Below, one piece after another: positions 1 through 8,260 of a DNA stretch of 25,018 nt. The translations under genes and the position numbers were made by a program. The stretch is from the NCBI GenBank assembly GCA_041746255.1, contig JBGTHM010000071.1:1-25018 (forward strand). The letters are read 5' to 3'. This stretch comes from Fibrobacteria bacterium. GTDB lineage: Bacteria > Fibrobacterota > Fibrobacteria > UBA11236. The notes beneath the pieces are model-generated. The model did no database searches. It was not told where the DNA came from and saw only the letters and a program-made list of their open reading frames with translations. Each line of letters starts with the position of its first letter. The stretch's first letter is position 1.

Positions 1-138
1 TGGATTGAGAAGGACGAAAACCGGTCACTTTGAACCGGATTTTCACCCTCGGGTCAATCGTCCGAACCGGTCATCTTGAACCGGATCGGCCGGTCACTTT
101 GAATCGGATTAGCCGGTCACCATGAACCGGATTTTGCA
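1..138. mobile_element. Terminus (probably right end) of an IS21-family insertion sequence; the element continues beyond the left edge of the window
   Basis: Ends in ...CCGGATTTTGCA at 138. Four ~20-bp direct repeats, consensus CCGGTCACTTTGAACCGGAT, at 21-40, 67-86, 90-109 and 113-132. The reverse complement of the end (TGCAAAATCCGGT) matches 24880-24892 (TGCAGAATCCGGT) at 12/13. TG..CA ends with multiple subterminal repeats are typical of IS21-family ends. No transposase is visible. Confidence 0.8.
21..132 (+). repeat. Four imperfect 20-bp direct repeats on a 23-bp register (start spacings 46, 23, 23); putative IstA binding sites
   Basis: ccggtcactttgaaccggat (21), ccggtcatcttgaaccggat (67), ccggtcactttgaatcggat (90), ccggtcaccatgaaccggat (113), read directly from the sequence. 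Confidence 0.92.
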
Positions 139-539
139 CTACCCGCTGAATAGGCGCATACCCACACGTAATATTTACCGGCCGAGGAAAAATTGACCTT
201 ATAATTGACAATGCAGGTTTCACCACCCGTATTGGAAAAGCTGACGCCCGCACCGAGCGGATCGCTATGGGTAACCCGGGTATCCGGCAAAATTTCCAGA
301 TAGGCTTTGCCACTGGCGCTGGAAGCATGGCTGGGGTCGGGATCGGGCTTCACATTCGGGGTTTCAGTGGAGCTGGTCAAATACCATTTACGAGTTGTAG
401 TTTTATCTTGTGAATGGAAATTCTCCGCCTCCACGACAACCATGCCGTCTTTTTCCTGGAAAACCGCATTCGTTTGCGACAATCCCGTGGAAGCGAGGGC
501 TCCCAGACAGACGAAATGCAGCCAATAACTCTTATTCAT
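139..539 (-). pseudogene. 5' fragment of a secreted protein with a probable beta-sandwich carbohydrate-associated domain, truncated by the IS21-like end
   Basis: ATG at 539 with GGGAG upstream; signal-peptide-like start MNKSYWLHFVCLGALASTGLSQ; motifs FQEKDGMVVVEAENF and VNYKVNFSSAGKYYVWV. The frame enters the IS terminus at codon 134, so the last six residues (AKSGSW) and the stop at 117-119 are IS-derived. Confidence 0.75.
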
Positions 540-902
540 ATTATGCTCCCTATTTTGACCCTAACAATGTATTGAATACTGGGTTAATGTATCCGTGTTC
601 CCTAAATAGGGCTGGTCATAGGGAATCATTTATAAGGATTATTAAGGAATTTCGTACTCTTTCGAGCACATTTTTGGGTCATTATAAGGGGTTTTGGAAA
701 ATATCGGTAGGGAGAGTTTCCGAGTAACCCAGCCGATTAATGAACTCCATCCCGCTCGGCTCTGTTCTCAAGGGAGGACGGAATAACTTTAGTAAGTCAC
801 GGTTATAGTGGGAATTGCGTTGAACGACTCCGATTTTTTGGATTGTTAGGAGGTAGGATTAGGTATCTAGGCCTATACTATATTGACTAACGGAGACTTC
901 TA

Positions 903-1751
903 GTGGAAAAAATTTACGCCTACGATAATTACCGTATTTTTTTACGGGATTATATGGATAAGCAAAGGAATGCCAACCGAAAGTTTTCCTTGCGCTTTTT
1001 CGCCATGAAGGCGGGTTTCAAATCCCATAGTTTTTTAGATAATGTGGTTCAGGGAAAACGCAATCTAACCTTGGAGTCCACACGGAAAATTGTAAAGGCC
1101 TTCGGGTTGGAGCGGAAGGAAGCGCTATTTTTCCAATCGCTGGTACTCTATAATCAGTCGAAAACACCTCGGGAACGTGAAGAAAATTTCCGGGAGTTAG
1201 CCAAAATACGCAGGAGCATTCAGTTCTACCGGGTTCAAGAATCCCAATTCGCATATTACAGCAAATGGTATCTTCCTGTATTACGTGAGTTGGCGGTATA
1301 CTCGGATTGGGGACGGGATTACCAACGTTTGGGTCAAATGGTGCGCCCACCTCTTTCTGCGGACATAGCCCGAGCGGGAATCCGCACCTTAGTGGAAATT
1401 GGTTTGCTCAAGGACGAGGGCAGAGGGAATTTTTCCCAAACTGAAAAAGTGGTCACCGCCGAAGGGGTTCCTGGCTATATTTTTAAAAATGCCCGCACCG
1501 AATATATGTTACGGGCCATGGAGGCTGCGGAAAACCTCCCCAAGGAGGAACGTCATATCGCATACTCTGTAATGGCGATGAGTCGAAAAACTTTCCAAGA
1601 GATTACCAATCTGCTCGATGAGGAACGCAAGCGCATGCTGGTCATGGCCAATGATGATAAACAAGTGGACGACATTTTCGTTTTGAACATTCAGGCCTTT
1701 CCCATTACCCAGAATATCAACAGTCCGCACCTTGTCGAAAAGCTGAAATGA
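903..1751 (+). CDS. TIGR02147-family protein (N-terminal HTH-like region, DUF4423-like C-terminus); putative DNA-binding regulator
   Basis: 282 aa; GTG start with GGAG at 892-895. Family-typical segments: IYAYDNYRIFLRDY, FSLRFFAMKAGFKSHSFLDNVVQGKRNLT, YYSKWYLPVLREL and the terminal LNIQAFP. Confidence 0.85.
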   Translation: MEKIYAYDNYRIFLRDYMDKQRNANRKFSLRFFAMKAGFKSHSFLDNVVQGKRNLTLESTRKIVKAFGLERKEALFFQSLVLYNQSKTPREREENFRELAKIRRSIQFYRVQESQFAYYSKWYLPVLRELAVYSDWGRDYQRLGQMVRPPLSADIARAGIRTLVEIGLLKDEGRGNFSQTEKVVTAEGVPGYIFKNARTEYMLRAMEAAENLPKEERHIAYSVMAMSRKTFQEITNLLDEERKRMLVMANDDKQVDDIFVLNIQAFPITQNINSPHLVEKLK

Positions 1752-2935
1752 AAACTTTTCAACCCCGTTCCCTATCCTTCCTATTTATGCTGGCTCTCTC
1801 TGTGGTTATGCCCGGTGGATGCATACTGGGCGGTGGCAGCGATCATCCCAATGAAATCATCGGTTCGGTCGTAATGCCTGATGGAAAGCCCGCTGCGGCC
1901 GCCCGGATAAGCCTTTATACCGGCTCACTTACCTCCGGGATCGATGGAACCATCGAACCGGCACAAGTTTCGCAAGTTCACAAAACTCGCGCTGATAAAC
2001 AGGGCCGTTTTAAAATCCCTGCGGATGCCGGATCGGTTTATTTCATCGAAGCTCTATCCAACGATTCAAGTGGAATTGTGGTTCTCCAAGGTTTGGAAGT
2101 GGAGCACGGTCGCAACCTCAACTCGGGAACCCTACGGTTGGAAAATGCGGCCTCCATTGAAGGGCAGGTAGTGTCTTCGGTGTTTATCGAAACGCTTTAC
2201 ATTGCCGGCACCCAATACCGCGCTCTGCCCGATTCCGCCGGCGGCTTCGCCTTCCCGGTACTGCCCCCGGGACCGGCCCGCATTTTCGCCCGCGTCCGTG
2301 ATTTCCTAGGCGCCGTACCGGCGCCGGTGCCGCTGTTCAATCTTGCGGCTGGCGACCGCAGGAACGTCGAGTCCATCACCCTTGAACCGAAGCAGGTACC
2401 GCTTTTCAACTTCGATTCCGAGGAAGAAGACCGATACAATCTGATGAGAGGCATCCTTTTCCCTCAAGTACAACCCGATAACTCCAATACCGGCAAATGG
2501 GTTACCGCATTGCCTTGGGACCTCCGGGAAGCCGGCGCCTACCGTGGCAAAAGCCTTTATCTGGGAATGGACGCGGGCGAGAAAAGCTATGTTTGGCTGG
2601 GGAATGGCAATTATGATTTGAGCGCCATGGACGCCATTGTTTTCATGGCCAAGGGAAGCGGCAGGATAACCATCGAAATCAGCACCGGCCTGGTTGAAGA
2701 CGGAGAGGGACCGCTTTTCCATACCATCACCCTTACGCCGGAATGGAGTGAATTCAGAATTCGAGCCCAGGATATCGTAGCGCCTCCCGGCTCCGTATCC
2801 GGTCAAAAAGGGTATACCTGGGAACAGGCCAAGGACAGGGTTTCGCGTCTTCGCATTATTCCGACGGATGGGTCGGCGCAGCTTTGGATTGATGAGTTCC
2901 GATTGGAAGGCTTGAGTCACGACCAAATGCGATAG
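1748..2935 (+). CDS. Lipoprotein with carboxypeptidase-regulatory-like (prealbumin-fold) domains and a C-terminal CBM11/CIA30-like galactose-binding-fold domain
   Basis: 395 aa; ATGA overlap with the upstream stop; hydrophobic signal ending MPGGC. IIGSVVMPDGKPAAAARISL...TRADKQGRFKI is CarboxypepD_reg-like. YDLSAMDAIVFMAKGSG...LTPEWSEFRI...LWIDEFRL is CBM-like. Confidence 0.7.
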   Translation: MKTFQPRSLSFLFMLALSVVMPGGCILGGGSDHPNEIIGSVVMPDGKPAAAARISLYTGSLTSGIDGTIEPAQVSQVHKTRADKQGRFKIPADAGSVYFIEALSNDSSGIVVLQGLEVEHGRNLNSGTLRLENAASIEGQVVSSVFIETLYIAGTQYRALPDSAGGFAFPVLPPGPARIFARVRDFLGAVPAPVPLFNLAAGDRRNVESITLEPKQVPLFNFDSEEEDRYNLMRGILFPQVQPDNSNTGKWVTALPWDLREAGAYRGKSLYLGMDAGEKSYVWLGNGNYDLSAMDAIVFMAKGSGRITIEISTGLVEDGEGPLFHTITLTPEWSEFRIRAQDIVAPPGSVSGQKGYTWEQAKDRVSRLRIIPTDGSAQLWIDEFRLEGLSHDQMR

Positions 2936-2966
2936 CCCGCTGCATCCCGGCTCTACCCGCGACCAC

Positions 2967-3332
2967 CTACCGGACTATTCTATCCGGTGTCGCTTGGGCG
3001 ACCTTTCCCCCTCCAATATTTTCCGTTGCCGGCTCACGGAAAAGAACCCAGTCCGCATAGAAAATCGCGAACGGGATAAGGGAAGCGATAAAAGCCAGGG
3101 AAGTCTTTCCCCAAGGCCAACCGCGTGCCACCTTCACATGGGCAAGAATCAGCACGAAGGCAACGAAGAGCAGGCCGTGGGCCATGCCGACGACTTGCAC
3201 GGCGCGCGGAGCATCGGCCATATATTTAAGGGGCATGGCGATGCAGACCAGGACGACGTAAGAGACCCCTTCCAAAAAACCAAAGAGGCGGAGATAGAAC
3301 ACGGAGTTGGTGAGGAACGAAGATTTCGGCAT
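2967..3332 (-). CDS. DUF3817-family integral membrane protein
   Basis: 121 aa; motifs LEGVSYVVLVCIAMPLKY, GMAHGLLFVAF and ASLIPF. Confidence 0.85.
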   Translation of the reverse strand: MPKSSFLTNSVFYLRLFGFLEGVSYVVLVCIAMPLKYMADAPRAVQVVGMAHGLLFVAFVLILAHVKVARGWPWGKTSLAFIASLIPFAIFYADWVLFREPATENIGGGKVAQATPDRIVR

Positions 3333-3388
3333 TCTCGATAAGCTACATTTTTTCCCATCGTTTTCGCGTGTTCCCGCCCATCACTCGA

Positions 3389-3766
3389 CTAACCCGCCTC
3401 GGGCATAGGGTCGGGCTGATTTTCCGGTATCTTGGCCCAAATTTTTTCACGCACCCAGTCGGGAACGATCCAGGAAAGGATGCGCGTCCGCGATTTCCAA
3501 CGCCGGTAGCTGGCGGGGTCCCAGGGGTAATGCCGTAGTATCACGGTTTCGGGAAGCCGGTGGAAGAAATACTCTACCAAAATGATAAAAATGGCCAAAT
3601 CATCGAGCTGGCCCAATACGGGAACGAACCAGGGAATCAAATCAATGGGTGAAACCAGGAGCAGGAGCCCAAGCACCGCCATTCCTTTATCCCGGGCGGG
3701 GATATCGGGGTCGGTGGCAAGGGATTTAATCAGGCGGAAACCTGCTTTGACGAATTCTTTGATCAT
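3389..3766 (-). CDS. DUF1232 (YkvA-like) small membrane protein
   Basis: 125 aa; motif LVSPIDLIPWFVPVLGQLDDL; AGGAG upstream of the ATG. Confidence 0.85.
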   Translation of the reverse strand: MIKEFVKAGFRLIKSLATDPDIPARDKGMAVLGLLLLVSPIDLIPWFVPVLGQLDDLAIFIILVEYFFHRLPETVILRHYPWDPASYRRWKSRTRILSWIVPDWVREKIWAKIPENQPDPMPEAG

Positions 3767-4050
3767 TCCTGGTCTCCTGTTGATTTGCTCAGGTTCAATA
3801 TTTAATATGGAAAAATTTAACCATAAAAACCGGGCGTTATTTTATTGAAGGGATGAAAATTAGGGTTGGGGCATAATGGAACAGATCCTCTGAACCCACG
3901 CTGGGTAATTGAAATGTAACCCATGTATAGCCAGCCTTATTTGGCTCCCTAGTGAAATTCAAAGGCATCCATTCACCGTTCTGTCAGAATCCCCCTCAAA
4001 AGTTACTTTTTCACTTGATTGCAAAAAAATCCATTCTGCAAAATTCTTCC

Positions 4051-5664
4051 ATGTCAAATCCCCTGAAAATTGCTCTGTTGGACTTCGACAATCCCGACGA
4101 ATTGCAACGAATTCTTCGTGCCCTCCATGCCTTGACCTTGAACCCTTGGGAAGCGATACTTTTCCATTCCCTGGGTAAAAACGAGAATGTAACACGGATG
4201 CAATATTGTGGTTCCTTCTTTTCCATCAGCCTAGTTGCTTGCCCAAAGGATTTCGACGATATCCTACATTTTGCTTGGCGGCACATCACAAGCAAAAACG
4301 AGTCTGAATTCTGTGTCTTTCTGTCCCGAGATTTCCTGCCTGTTATGCCGGGCTGGGATCATGCGCTTATCCAAGCACTGGATGATTCGGTTAAGGTTGT
4401 CGGTATTTCTGAAGGAGATCAAGGGTTCAAAGAAGCATCCCACAGTCGTCCCGGTTTCAAATTCAGCCTCTTTGAATCAGCGGCCATGAATCCTTCGGAG
4501 CTGCCCTCCATTTTAAGTGGCAAAGTATTGGAACTTAGGGAAGATTTCAAAGGCTTTCGCGAATACTCACTAAATGGCTCTGACACTCTGGCCGTATCCC
4601 AGCCCATAAGATTCCGAGCTGACAACGCGCTAGAGACTCTTCTTGATGAAAAAATCTTTGCCGCCGCCAGCCTACCCGGCAAAGGCTGGGAAGTTGTGGA
4701 CTGTGATCTCTGTGGCAGCCGCGAATGGAAAACCCTATTACGAGCCAACGATACGCTGAACCGCTTGCCTGGCATTTGGAGCGTGGTTCGTTGTCTCAAG
4801 TGCGACCTAAATTTTACCAACCCAAGACCGGATGAAAAAACGATTTTGTCGTTTTACCCCGATACCTATGGGTGTCATCAGGCTGTTTCCCCTACTACAA
4901 CATTTGTTGGAGCCTTGAACAAGACTCGCCGCCGCACACTTGGACAACATTTCGGGTATTTCTCGGGGGAAATTTCCGGACCATGGATTTGGAAAGCCCT
5001 CACCTTACCCTACAGACGTGAAGAAAACATTTCCCTGACACCCAGATGGCCAAAGGACGCCCTCGCTCCCAAGTTGTTGGAAATCGGTTGTGGAGTGGGC
5101 AGCAACTTGCTGGCACTGAAGGCGCTTGGATGGGAGGTAGAAGGGGCCGAACCTTCGGACTATGCAGCAGGCTTAGCCCGAAAAAGCGGAATCAATGTCG
5201 CAACCGCCACGCTAGATAAACTCGAATTCCCTCCAGCCGAATTCGACGCAATAATCATGGAAATGGTTCTTGAACATGTGCCTTCGCCCAAGCGGGCCAT
5301 CGAAAAAATCAGCCGCTGGTTGAAACCTCACGGAGAACTATTGATAGCCGTACCGAATTTTGAGGGGTTCGAAGCACGCGTGTTCGGAGAATTCCATTAC
5401 GGATTACAGGTGCCGACGCATTTATATCATTTTACGCCTTCCACCCTGCGCAAATTACTTCGGGGATTTCACACTCAAATTACCTACCATGCCTCCTACA
5501 GGGACCTTTGGATGGGACTCCATTTCTACTTGAGAGCGAATCCCACATCACCCTGGCGGCACTTTCTCAAATTGCCTCGTACAGTATTCGCTTTCGGCGC
5601 GTTTATTCTTGCCGTGCTGGGAAAGAGCAGTCGCATCAGCATGCGGGCAACCAAGCAGAGATGA
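4051..5664 (+). CDS. Class I SAM-dependent methyltransferase with a Cys4 Zn-type segment and a degenerate GT2-like N-terminal extension; probable polysaccharide-modifying enzyme
   Basis: ATG at 4051 preferred over GTG at 3952, giving 537 aa (start uncertain). CDLC...RCLKC...FTNPRP; SAM motif LLEIGCGVG; FDAIIMEMVLEHVPSP; LKPHGELLIAVPN; PTHLYHFTP. Confidence 0.8.
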   Translation: MSNPLKIALLDFDNPDELQRILRALHALTLNPWEAILFHSLGKNENVTRMQYCGSFFSISLVACPKDFDDILHFAWRHITSKNESEFCVFLSRDFLPVMPGWDHALIQALDDSVKVVGISEGDQGFKEASHSRPGFKFSLFESAAMNPSELPSILSGKVLELREDFKGFREYSLNGSDTLAVSQPIRFRADNALETLLDEKIFAAASLPGKGWEVVDCDLCGSREWKTLLRANDTLNRLPGIWSVVRCLKCDLNFTNPRPDEKTILSFYPDTYGCHQAVSPTTTFVGALNKTRRRTLGQHFGYFSGEISGPWIWKALTLPYRREENISLTPRWPKDALAPKLLEIGCGVGSNLLALKALGWEVEGAEPSDYAAGLARKSGINVATATLDKLEFPPAEFDAIIMEMVLEHVPSPKRAIEKISRWLKPHGELLIAVPNFEGFEARVFGEFHYGLQVPTHLYHFTPSTLRKLLRGFHTQITYHASYRDLWMGLHFYLRANPTSPWRHFLKLPRTVFAFGAFILAVLGKSSRISMRATKQR

Positions 5665-7106
5665 AATCTGACAAAGATTTTCTGATTAAAGGCGCCCTAA
5701 TCAACGGAGTCGGCCTGATATCCCGGGTGATTTCACCTCTGCTGGTAATTTTACTTGCCCGCATTTTCCCTCCCGCGGTTTTTGGCCTATTCATTGCCTT
5801 TCAAGCCTTAGTACTCACCCTTTCAAAGTTTTCCACCCTTGCCTTGGATAAAGGCCTTCTCTGGTACGTCTCCCGGATGAGCGGCGAGGATGACCGAACC
5901 AATCACGGATTATCAGGCTCCATCCTTATCGGCTCCCTGATCAGTGGAGTCCTTTTCCTGGGGATCGCGATAGCAGGGTGGACTGGATTGCTTTCTCATT
6001 TCGAATCTCTAGAGGGTGCCTCGCTTCCCTTCATACTCATGATGGCAGCTTCTCTTTGGCCATATACTCTAATTCAGCTTTTCGCCAGCGCCTTGGAAGG
6101 GTTGCGGATGCCGCAGTTCCGAGTGGTTATCGCGTTGTTCATGACCACTTCGTTGATACCTAGCATCGCATTTTTGCTCAAAGGCCCCTTGCCCGACGAC
6201 ATGAGCCTGGGAGCGGGCATGTTGCTGGGAAATCTGGTGGGAATGGCCGCGTTCATTCCCTTCATCCGAAAGTATTTCCCTCGGGAAAAATGGTTCCTTG
6301 GGGTTAACGTTCCGCCGCCCTTGCTTCGCTATTCATTGCCACTCGCATTTTCAGAAGTGGTGACCCCACTGCTCGGTAGGGTGGATTTATGGATGATTCT
6401 GTTTTTGCTTGGGCCTGAAAAGGTGGCCGTTTATGCCGTCATGGTCACAATCGCAAATGGACTTAGAACCGTTAGACAAACCTTTGATCCGCTGCTTATT
6501 CCCATTATCAGCAGACTCAAACCGGAGGAATTACGCACCAACCTACGGTCCTCTTTCAGCTATGCCACCTATATGGTTTCAACTATTCAGCTATTCATCG
6601 CTTTTTTCGTAATGATTTTTCCTAAGGAAATTCTTTCGCTTGCAGGTAAATCCTATGCTATTGAAATTTTCGCTTTCGCCTTGTTGCTACTGGGAAATTT
6701 GGCTAACGGATTTTTGGGACTGAACGGTCTGGTGGTTCTAGGCGTCGGAAATTCGCGGCTGGCCTCGGCCATCGTTTTATCCGCGCTGGGTTTAAGTATC
6801 ATCGGTAATTGGGTCCTAATTCCTCCCCTTGGCATTGCAGGTGCTGCACTGGTCAGTTGTCTTGTGCTGTTGTATCAGAACCTGGTACAATTCGTCTACG
6901 TCCGATTTGTGCTCAAGCTTCGCTTGTACGAACCATTCCTTTATATCAACGCGGTGATGGAGATCGGATTGATCGTTTTTTTCTTTCTCGCCTATCATCG
7001 CATCGAATCGCAACCCCTTGGAGCTCGCATCGGCCTTTTTCTTGGGCTCTCGCTGTTTCTGGGGGTATGGGTGCTGGTAAAGCGTAAATGGATTGGAGTG
7101 CGCTAA
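5661..7106 (+). CDS. Wzx/MOP-superfamily oligosaccharide flippase
   Basis: Likely start ATG at 5661 (ATGA overlap), 481 aa. Many hydrophobic helices; LLARIFPPAVFGLF, LLRYSLPL, RVDLWMILFLLGPEKVAVYA and NWVLIPPLGIAGAA are typical of polysaccharide biosynthesis flippases. Confidence 0.85.
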   Translation: MKSDKDFLIKGALINGVGLISRVISPLLVILLARIFPPAVFGLFIAFQALVLTLSKFSTLALDKGLLWYVSRMSGEDDRTNHGLSGSILIGSLISGVLFLGIAIAGWTGLLSHFESLEGASLPFILMMAASLWPYTLIQLFASALEGLRMPQFRVVIALFMTTSLIPSIAFLLKGPLPDDMSLGAGMLLGNLVGMAAFIPFIRKYFPREKWFLGVNVPPPLLRYSLPLAFSEVVTPLLGRVDLWMILFLLGPEKVAVYAVMVTIANGLRTVRQTFDPLLIPIISRLKPEELRTNLRSSFSYATYMVSTIQLFIAFFVMIFPKEILSLAGKSYAIEIFAFALLLLGNLANGFLGLNGLVVLGVGNSRLASAIVLSALGLSIIGNWVLIPPLGIAGAALVSCLVLLYQNLVQFVYVRFVLKLRLYEPFLYINAVMEIGLIVFFFLAYHRIESQPLGARIGLFLGLSLFLGVWVLVKRKWIGVR

Positions 7107-7255
7107 AATTCCAGATTTGACAACCTGAGTCTAGCCGAGGCCGATTTCTGCAAAGACATTTAAACAATAGAATAGGCTGGATATCGCCGAGGAAAACCGG
7201 CTCAGCCGGACGAAAGCCACAGCCTGGCATCGCAATCGGAAAATTTTAAACTGTT

Positions 7256-8260
7256 CTATTCGGCAAAAAGTATATCCGTCAGTCTGGCCGCCCAGGAATT
7301 TAACTCATATTGCTCCCGCACAAATTTGGGACCAGACTCGACGGCTGCATGAATTTTTGTGTGGTCGGAGATGATTCCCTTCACCGCCTTTTTCCAATCC
7401 CCTGTGTCCCGGCATAAGATGCCAAAGGGGGCGGCCGAAAAAATCACTTCATTGACCCCGACGGGAGATGTCAGCACATATTTTCCATGGGATAGGTATT
7501 GCAATGCCTTGCAAGCGCATTTGCCTCGGCACCATTCCGTTTCGGGTAAAGGCATCAATCCCACATGCGCGCGTTGCAATTCCTCCTGTTCTTTTTCCAA
7601 GGTCCAATTCCGGCTCTCTATCCAACTTCTCTTTGGCGCCATAGCGGGGTTATCGGTCAAAATACTGAGTACAAAGGACTCCCCCTCTGCATACAATTCA
7701 TCCAAAGCAATCAAAATGGGTTTCAAGTAGGCCAGATTGGGTGCAGTCCCAATCCAGCTTAGAAGTAAAGATTCGAATTTCCTCAAAGCCGATCCTGTGA
7801 CGAACCCCGGAAGCGATACCACCGTCGGCACAATGAAAACCCGGGGATTATATCTACGCGCGCGCTCGCCCAGGATCGAGTTTCCCGCAATCACTTTGGG
7901 AGCCGCCGAAATCGTGGCGGCGAATCTGTGTCCATCCTTGGGATCGGCGTACATGGCATCATCAAAATCGAAAAAGAGATTTTTATTGAAAACCTTTAGA
8001 AACCGAAGTCTCCATGGTTCCAGCAGCTTCTGAAAAACAACCGCCCGATGCCTCTTCAATTCTGGAATGAGTCTTATATGGAAGGCAATTTGCTTGATTG
8101 GATTCCGGGATTTTTCCGTTATGATAAAAGTGGCGTGCACTCCCATTTGTTCAAATGGCACCCTAAATTGGTAGGCACGAAACCGGCAACTGGGAATATT
8201 TTCCCCGCCCCGAACAATAAAAAGAACCGATTTCCGATTCTCGTCTCCACTATGTACCAC
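7256..8260 (-). CDS. Glycosyltransferase, GT-B fold (GT4-like)
   Basis: 334 aa; GTG start overlapping the upstream stop. PSCRFRAYQF, FDFDDAMY, WIGTAPNLAYL, VGLMPL...GKCACKALQYLSHG...SPVGVN. Confidence 0.85.
   Translation of the reverse strand: MVHSGDENRKSVLFIVRGGENIPSCRFRAYQFRVPFEQMGVHATFIITEKSRNPIKQIAFHIRLIPELKRHRAVVFQKLLEPWRLRFLKVFNKNLFFDFDDAMYADPKDGHRFAATISAAPKVIAGNSILGERARRYNPRVFIVPTVVSLPGFVTGSALRKFESLLLSWIGTAPNLAYLKPILIALDELYAEGESFVLSILTDNPAMAPKRSWIESRNWTLEKEQEELQRAHVGLMPLPETEWCRGKCACKALQYLSHGKYVLTSPVGVNEVIFSAAPFGILCRDTGDWKKAVKGIISDHTKIHAAVESGPKFVREQYELNSWAARLTDILFAE

Noticed and set aside
21..132. Possible CRISPR array or iteron set
   Set aside because: Repeats are imperfect and mostly separated by only 3 bp. 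There are no cas or rep genes, and the array ends in a TG..CA terminus mirrored at 24880.
598..690. Short inverted repeat (TTCCCTA/TAGGGAA) and a repeated TCATT(T)ATAAGG as possible TIGR02147 operators
   Set aside because: Too short to separate from chance in an AT-rich intergenic region without comparative data.
410..727. 105-aa + strand ORF, and the 85-aa ORF at 71-328
   Set aside because: Both overlap the better-supported secreted-protein frame and have no recognisable motifs.
5508..5660. N-terminal extension of the flippase ORF
   Set aside because: It lies inside the methyltransferase gene; ATG at 5661 with an ATGA overlap is the more plausible start.
7180..7225. Hammerhead-like pattern CCGAGGA...CCGGCTCAGCCGG..GAAA between convergent genes
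   Set aside because: The core deviates from CUGANGA, the stem II closing pair is missing, and stems I and III are not convincing.
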